Assembly: GCA_020725385.1 (NCBI GenBank)
Contig: DYFC01000031.1
Span: 1-56,353 of the forward strand
Length of the DNA stretch: 56,353 nt
From: Nitrospira japonica
GTDB taxonomy: Bacteria; Nitrospirota; Thermodesulfovibrionia; Thermodesulfovibrionales; SM23-35
Direction: 5' to 3'
The translations under genes and the position numbers were made by a program. A model generated the notes under the pieces. That model was not told the DNA's origin. It worked only from the letters and a program-made list of their open reading frames with translations, and did not search any database. The first letter of the stretch is position 1. Each line of letters opens with the position of its first letter. Shown piece after piece: positions 51,278 through 56,353 of the stretch.

Positions 51278-51362
51278 AAAATCAGAGGAAGAAATTGAAA
51301 CTAAATAGTAAAAACTATTTATCTTTACAATTTGTATTTTGATTTTTGTGTTGTGAAGGAAT

Positions 51363-51437
51363 TGGGGCGTCGACAAACGGCAAGTCAGGAGACTTTGGAT
51401 CTCCCATCTGGAGGTTCGAATCCTCCCGCCCCAGCCA
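51363..51437 (+). tRNA. tRNA-Gln(TTG)
   Basis: Acceptor stem TGGGGCG/CGCCCCA, anticodon arm GGAGA-CTTTGGA-TCTCC, GGTTCGAATCC T-arm, encoded CCA. Confidence 0.96.
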
Positions 51438-51546
51438 GACCGAATTTGTATAACAAAATCGGTAGTAATCAGTTAAAAGTTATGAGATAAATAAAAACTG
51501 ATAAGATATTTTTTTATTTTTAACTTTAAACTTTTTAGGAGATGGA

Positions 51547-52491
51547 ATGCCAGAGGGAATAAAGTTTTTTACAGGGAACGCACACAAAGAACTTGCTAAG
51601 GAAATTTCAACTTACCTTAATATACCAGTGTCCGATGCTACGGTAACGGAATTCAGCGATGGAGAGATAAGTGTTCATATCAATGAAAATGTCAGAGGTT
51701 CTGACGTATTTGTACTTCAGCCAACATGTATGCCGGTTAATAAAAATCTGATGGAGATTTTATTAATGGTTGATGCTCTAAAAAGAGCGTCTGCAAGAAG
51801 GATAACAGCAGTAATACCATATTACGGATATGCAAGACAGGACAGAAAAGTGCAGCCTCGTGTTCCTATTTCAGCAAAGCTTGTTGCTGATCTTATTACA
51901 GCTGCCGGAACAAGCAGAATTCTTACAATGGATCTTCATGCAGCTCAAATACAGGGTTTTTTCAATATCCCTGTTGATAACCTTTATGCAGCTCCGGTTT
52001 TATTTGAATATGTCAGAAAAAAATATAACACTAATAATTTAATAATAGTATCCCCTGATGCTGGCGGTGTTGAGAGAGCAAGAGCTTTTGCAAAGAAACT
52101 GGAGTGTTCAATTGCAATTATAGATAAAAGGCGTGAGGCAGCAAATGTTTCTCAGATTATGAATGTAATTGGTGATGTGAAAGATAAAGATACGATAATA
52201 CTTGATGATATGGTTGACACTGGAGGGACGACAATTCAGGCAGCTACAGCTCTTGTTGAAAAAGGCGCTAAGAGTGTTGTCGCTGCGTGTACCCATGCTG
52301 TTCTTTCGGGGAATGCAGTTGATAAAGTTAATGATTCCATATTGCAGGAACTTATAGTCACAAACACAATACCAATGAATAGCAAGACTGAAAAATGTAA
52401 AAAACTAACTGTGCTAAGCATAGCTCCACTTATCGGTGAAGCGATAAAAAGAATACACGAAGAAACATCAATAAGTTCGCTTTTTGTATAA
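51547..52491 (+). CDS. prs: Ribose-phosphate pyrophosphokinase
   Basis: [34 protein letters not shown]. Confidence 0.97.
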   Translation: MPEGIKFFTGNAHKELAKEISTYLNIPVSDATVTEFSDGEISVHINENVRGSDVFVLQPTCMPVNKNLMEILLMVDALKRASARRITAVIPYYGYARQDRKVQPRVPISAKLVADLITAAGTSRILTMDLHAAQIQGFFNIPVDNLYAAPVLFEYVRKKYNTNNLIIVSPDAGGVERARAFAKKLECSIAIIDKRREAANVSQIMNVIGDVKDKDTIILDDMVDTGGTTIQAATALVEKGAKSVVAACTHAVLSGNAVDKVNDSILQELIVTNTIPMNSKTEKCKKLTVLSIAPLIGEAIKRIHEETSISSLFV

Positions 52492-52506
52492 AGGAGGATA
52501 AAAATT

Positions 52507-53169
52507 ATGGAGACAATTACAATTAACGTTGATAAGAGAGATATAAAAGGGAAAGGCGCTGCAAGGTCTCTCAGAAGAAGTAACATGATACCTGCTGTAA
52601 TTTATAGGGGTGGAGATTCAATGCCTATAAAAATTCCAAAGGCAGAGATTACTAAGTTCATAAATACTACTGCTGGTGAGCAGGTTATGGTAAAACTTCA
52701 GTTTTCAGACGGAGAAAATAAATTTGCTCTAATGAAAGATTTCCAGGTTGATCCTGTTAAGAGAGATTTGTTACATGCTGATTTTTTTGAAGTCTCTCTC
52801 ACTGAGAAAGTTAGAGTAATTGTACATGTTACTACAGTTGGAGAACCCATAGGTGTAAAAAGAGATGGTGGAGTTTTACAGCATGTTCTAAGAGAAATCG
52901 AAGTTGAATGTTTGCCTGATAAAATACCAGGCCATATTAAAGTTGATATATCAAATCTTGGAATCGGACAATCTTTCCATGTTTCGGATATAAAACTCGG
53001 AGAAGAAATAAAAATACTTACAGACCCTGACGGAGTTATTGCAAACGTTGTTGCGCCTGTAACAGAAGAAGTTGCTAAACCAGAGGAAGTTGCTGCTGCA
53101 GAGACAACTGCTGAACCAGAGGTAATTAAGAAAGGTAAGAAAGAGGAAGCAGAGGAAGAGAAAAAATAA
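52507..53169 (+). CDS. rplY: 50S ribosomal protein L25/Ctc
   Basis: GKGAARSLRR, IPAVIY, HADF, acidic tail. Confidence 0.96.
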   Translation: METITINVDKRDIKGKGAARSLRRSNMIPAVIYRGGDSMPIKIPKAEITKFINTTAGEQVMVKLQFSDGENKFALMKDFQVDPVKRDLLHADFFEVSLTEKVRVIVHVTTVGEPIGVKRDGGVLQHVLREIEVECLPDKIPGHIKVDISNLGIGQSFHVSDIKLGEEIKILTDPDGVIANVVAPVTEEVAKPEEVAAAETTAEPEVIKKGKKEEAEEEKK

Positions 53170-53177
53170 TATATTAT

Positions 53178-53206
53178 GTAGGGGCAAGTTTGATACTTGT
53201 CCCTAC
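53178..53206. repeat. GTAG-type REP-like palindrome between rplY and pth
   Basis: GTAGGGGCAAGT ttgat ACTTGTCCCTAC. Confidence 0.55.
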
Positions 53207-53217
53207 GGTAATTATAT

Positions 53218-53769
53218 ATGTGGCTGATTGCAGGTCTTGGAAATCCGGGGAGAAAATATTCGAAAACCCGCCATAATATCGGGTTTATGGTCCTTGATGA
53301 AGTCGCCCATAGATACAATATAGAATTCACTGACAAAAAAGAATATCGTATCGGGAAAGGGTTTATTGAAGATAAACAAATTCTGCTTGTTGCACCACTC
53401 CTTTATATGAACCTTAGCGGCATTGCTATTAATAATGTTTTAAAAAAATATACTATCCAAACTCAAAACCTGATTGTGGTTTATGATGATCTTGATATGG
53501 AAACTGGTAAAATCAGAATTAGAAAAACAGGTTCATCCGGAGGGCATAAAGGTGTCGAGTCAATAATAAGCAATCTTGGCTCAAAGGATTTTATAAGAGT
53601 TAAGATAGGTATTGGAAGAGAGCCAGGAGTTCCTGCTGAAAAATATGTTCTCTCAAAATTTAATAAAGATGAAATAACAATAATAAAAGATTCTATTAAT
53701 ACAGTAGTAGATGCAATTGTAACGATAATCAATGAAGGTGTTGATAAAGCAATGAACTTCTACAATTGA
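53218..53769 (+). CDS. pth: Peptidyl-tRNA hydrolase
   Basis: GLGNPG, TRHNIGF, YMNLSG, GGHKG. Confidence 0.96.
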   Translation: MWLIAGLGNPGRKYSKTRHNIGFMVLDEVAHRYNIEFTDKKEYRIGKGFIEDKQILLVAPLLYMNLSGIAINNVLKKYTIQTQNLIVVYDDLDMETGKIRIRKTGSSGGHKGVESIISNLGSKDFIRVKIGIGREPGVPAEKYVLSKFNKDEITIIKDSINTVVDAIVTIINEGVDKAMNFYN

Positions 53770-53781
53770 TAAGGTGACAGA

Positions 53782-55035
53782 ATGAAAGATATGTTGGGAA
53801 GAGAAGAACTTATTTCTGTTGAAAAAGCTTTGAATCTTTTATTTCAATATACACCTTTCAAAAAGCCAGAAACAAAAAAAGTTTCTCTCGAAAAAGCATA
53901 TAGTTCAGTAATTTCTAAAGATATTGTATCCCCGGAAAATCTTCCTTCTTTCAACAGATCAACTGTTGATGGTTTTGCTGTAAATGCAAAAGATACTTTT
54001 GGAGCTACAGAGAGTATGCCTGCTTACCTGAATATTGTTGCTGAGATATTGATGGGAGAAGAACCGAACTTTGTTTTAAAAAAAGGTGAGGTTGCAAAGA
54101 TTTCTACAGGTGGGATGTTGCCTTCAGGTGCTAATTCTGTAGTAATGTTTGAACATACTCAATGTATAGATGAAAAAACACTTGAAATTTTGAAACCTGT
54201 TTCACCCGGAGAAAATGTTATACAGATAGGAGAGGATGCAAAAAGTGGAGGAGTAATTTTTAAGGCAGGACATAGATTGAGGCCACAAGATATTGGAGCA
54301 CTTGCTGGAATAGGATTATCAGAGGTTGAAGTTTATGAAAAACCTATTGTCTCAATAATTTCGACTGGTGACGAAATAGTTCCTGCTGGAATGCCTATAA
54401 AACCAGGACAGGTAAGAGATATAAATACTTATACACTTTCATGCTTAATCGAAGAATCGGGTGGCGTTCCTTTAAAAAAAGGAATATTCAAAGACAATTA
54501 TGAACAGATTTATCAGGTTCTTAAGGAATGTATTAAAGAATCTTCAATGGTACTTATTTCCGGGGGAAGTTCGGTTGGAACAAAAGATATAACAGAAAAA
54601 GTTATTAATGATATTGGAAAGCCAGGGGTGCTTTTTCATGGAGTATCACTGAAGCCCGGTAAACCTACAATAGGTGGAATAATAGATAATGTGCCTGTTT
54701 TAGGACTTCCCGGACATCCTGGCGCTGTTGTAATATGTTTTGATGTATTTGTTGAGCCTTTGATTGCAGAAATTTTAGGAATCAGAAAAGAAGAACTTTT
54801 CAAAAGAAATAAAATCATAAAAGCAAAAATCAGCCGTAATATCTCTTCAAGTCCTGGAAGAGAAGAACATATTGCAGTTAAACTTGAAGAAATTAACGGG
54901 GAATTATATGCTGTCCCATTACTTGCAAAATCCGGGATTATTACCACGTTAACTCAAGCCCATGGGACGGTGATTATACCTGTCTCTAAAACAGGAATAA
55001 TTAAGGATGAAGTTGTTGATGTCAAGCTTTTTTAG
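53782..55035 (+). CDS. moeA: Molybdopterin molybdotransferase
   Basis: RSTVDGFAV, STGDE, SGGSSVG, KPGKP, GLPGHP. Confidence 0.95.
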   Translation: MKDMLGREELISVEKALNLLFQYTPFKKPETKKVSLEKAYSSVISKDIVSPENLPSFNRSTVDGFAVNAKDTFGATESMPAYLNIVAEILMGEEPNFVLKKGEVAKISTGGMLPSGANSVVMFEHTQCIDEKTLEILKPVSPGENVIQIGEDAKSGGVIFKAGHRLRPQDIGALAGIGLSEVEVYEKPIVSIISTGDEIVPAGMPIKPGQVRDINTYTLSCLIEESGGVPLKKGIFKDNYEQIYQVLKECIKESSMVLISGGSSVGTKDITEKVINDIGKPGVLFHGVSLKPGKPTIGGIIDNVPVLGLPGHPGAVVICFDVFVEPLIAEILGIRKEELFKRNKIIKAKISRNISSSPGREEHIAVKLEEINGELYAVPLLAKSGIITTLTQAHGTVIIPVSKTGIIKDEVVDVKLF

Positions 55036-55043
55036 GTATCTAA

Positions 55044-56255
55044 ATGTATTCTGAAAATCATATAGAAGTTAAATACTATATCAAAACCCGAATTGAACTT
55101 GAAAAAGCAGCTGATACTATAGCTGCACTTCAATCAATAGGCGTATGGTCAGGAATTGGAGAACGCTTTAAATCAACTTTGTATAAATATGCAGCTAAAG
55201 TAATTGAAGTCTTAAATATTGAAAAAGGACAGGAATCTTCGGGTTTTATTAAGATTGCATTTCCTTATGTGAATTTTGGTTTTAATATCCCGAATCTTCT
55301 AAGTACTGTTGCTGGTGAATTATATGAAATGAATATTTTCAGTTCAATAAAATTGCTTGATATTGAATTCCCTCCTTCATACTTGAGTAATTTCACCGGC
55401 CCTAAATTTGGTATTAAAGGGTGCAGAGATATTTTAGGAATTTTTGGAAGGCCAATAATTGGTGCTATTATAAAACCATGTGTTGGACTTTCAGCAAAAG
55501 AATTAGCAGAACTTGCTTATGAAGGATTTTCTGGCGGTGTTGATTTTATAAAGGACGATGAATTGCTTACGGATGCTTCTTATAATACTGTTTCTGAAAG
55601 AGTAAAAAAAGTAACGGAAAAAATAAAACAGGTTGAAGATGAAACAGGCGAGAAAAAAATGTATGCCTTTAATATAACAGGAAGACTTGATAGGCTTAGA
55701 GAACTTCATGATGCTGTTGTTAAAAATGGTGGAAAATGTATAATGATTAATGCAGCAGCAGTAGGATTAGAAGCTATGCGGGAACTTGTGGAATATTCAG
55801 AATTGCCAATTCATTGCCACAGAGTTTTTTCTGCGGTATTAGTCAGAAATAATCTTTTTAGTGTCAGTTTCCCTTTGCTTACAAAACTTTTTAGACTGTG
55901 CGGGGCAGATCAAATTCATTGCGGTGCTATACAGGGAAAGCTTTTTGAAAATGACGATGAAGTACTTTTAAATATGAATGAATGTACAAAAGAATTTTAT
56001 AATATAAAACCTGCGATTCCTATAAGTTCAGGTGGACAATGGGCTGGTAAGGCGCCTGTTAATGCGCATAAAATCGGACATTATGATTTTCTTCACCTTG
56101 CAGGTTCAGGAATTTATTCCCATCCTGATGGACCTTTTGCTGGAGCAAGAAGTATGAAACAGGCATGGGATGCTGTTTTGAAAGGGATTACTTTAGAAGA
56201 ATATGCTAAAGAACACGATGAATTAAAAAAAGCAATTGAGTTTTTTGGAAATTAA
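55044..56255 (+). CDS. RuBisCO-like protein (form IV RLP)
   Basis: GVDFIKDDE motif and GPKFG. KPC replaces the catalytic KPK. No rbcS or prk in the window. Confidence 0.88.
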   Translation: MYSENHIEVKYYIKTRIELEKAADTIAALQSIGVWSGIGERFKSTLYKYAAKVIEVLNIEKGQESSGFIKIAFPYVNFGFNIPNLLSTVAGELYEMNIFSSIKLLDIEFPPSYLSNFTGPKFGIKGCRDILGIFGRPIIGAIIKPCVGLSAKELAELAYEGFSGGVDFIKDDELLTDASYNTVSERVKKVTEKIKQVEDETGEKKMYAFNITGRLDRLRELHDAVVKNGGKCIMINAAAVGLEAMRELVEYSELPIHCHRVFSAVLVRNNLFSVSFPLLTKLFRLCGADQIHCGAIQGKLFENDDEVLLNMNECTKEFYNIKPAIPISSGGQWAGKAPVNAHKIGHYDFLHLAGSGIYSHPDGPFAGARSMKQAWDAVLKGITLEEYAKEHDELKKAIEFFGN

Positions 56256-56353
56256 AAAGGAAGATGAAACTAATATCTAAAAACAATCTGTTAGGAATTT
56301 TTTAAAAGTGAACTGTTTACGAATTAAAAGTGAACACCCATAATTGTTCTTTA

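Noticed and set aside
52698-53336. 212-aa antisense ORF over rplY/pth and the many other short antisense or nested ORFs in the track
   Set aside because: Shadow frames of well-supported genes, with no motifs or initiation signals.
55044-56255. True CO2-fixing RuBisCO
   Set aside because: The catalytic Lys177-equivalent is Cys, and there is no rbcS or prk context.

Overview
A low-GC (roughly 30% by eye), gene-dense chromosomal segment. Protein style and gene order suggest an anaerobe of the Nitrospirota/Thermodesulfovibrionia type; this is inference, not a database result. Most of it is housekeeping: a wza-wzc-ligase exopolysaccharide block, a sigma-28 chemotaxis block (cheW, two MCPs, HDOD), a split atpB-atpE pair, PBP1A, class II photolyase, dnaE-accA, tusA, uvrC, a thioredoxin reductase/PDO pair, gltB, argH, priA, ispE-tRNA-Gln-prs-rplY-pth, moeA and a form IV RuBisCO-like protein. 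I see no CRISPR array, prophage or intact IS. The best unexplained signals are: (1) a compact multi-hairpin RNA-like element at ~26000-26137, closed by a perfect 16-bp stem and sitting behind a near-consensus sigma-54 promoter, close to tusA and a small protein with its own sigma-54-like promoter; (2) an uncalled 52-aa ORF ending CCGHPGEPGC-TGA-AAA-TAA, followed by a SECIS-like hairpin (candidate selenoprotein); (3) a recurring leaderless-mRNA pattern in front of core genes; (4) an MCP combining a periplasmic CXXCH heme site with a cytoplasmic CZB domain; (5) a PriA lacking its helicase motifs, an orphan RiPP-type B12 radical SAM enzyme, an OiaX-like RLP and a decayed IS256 end.
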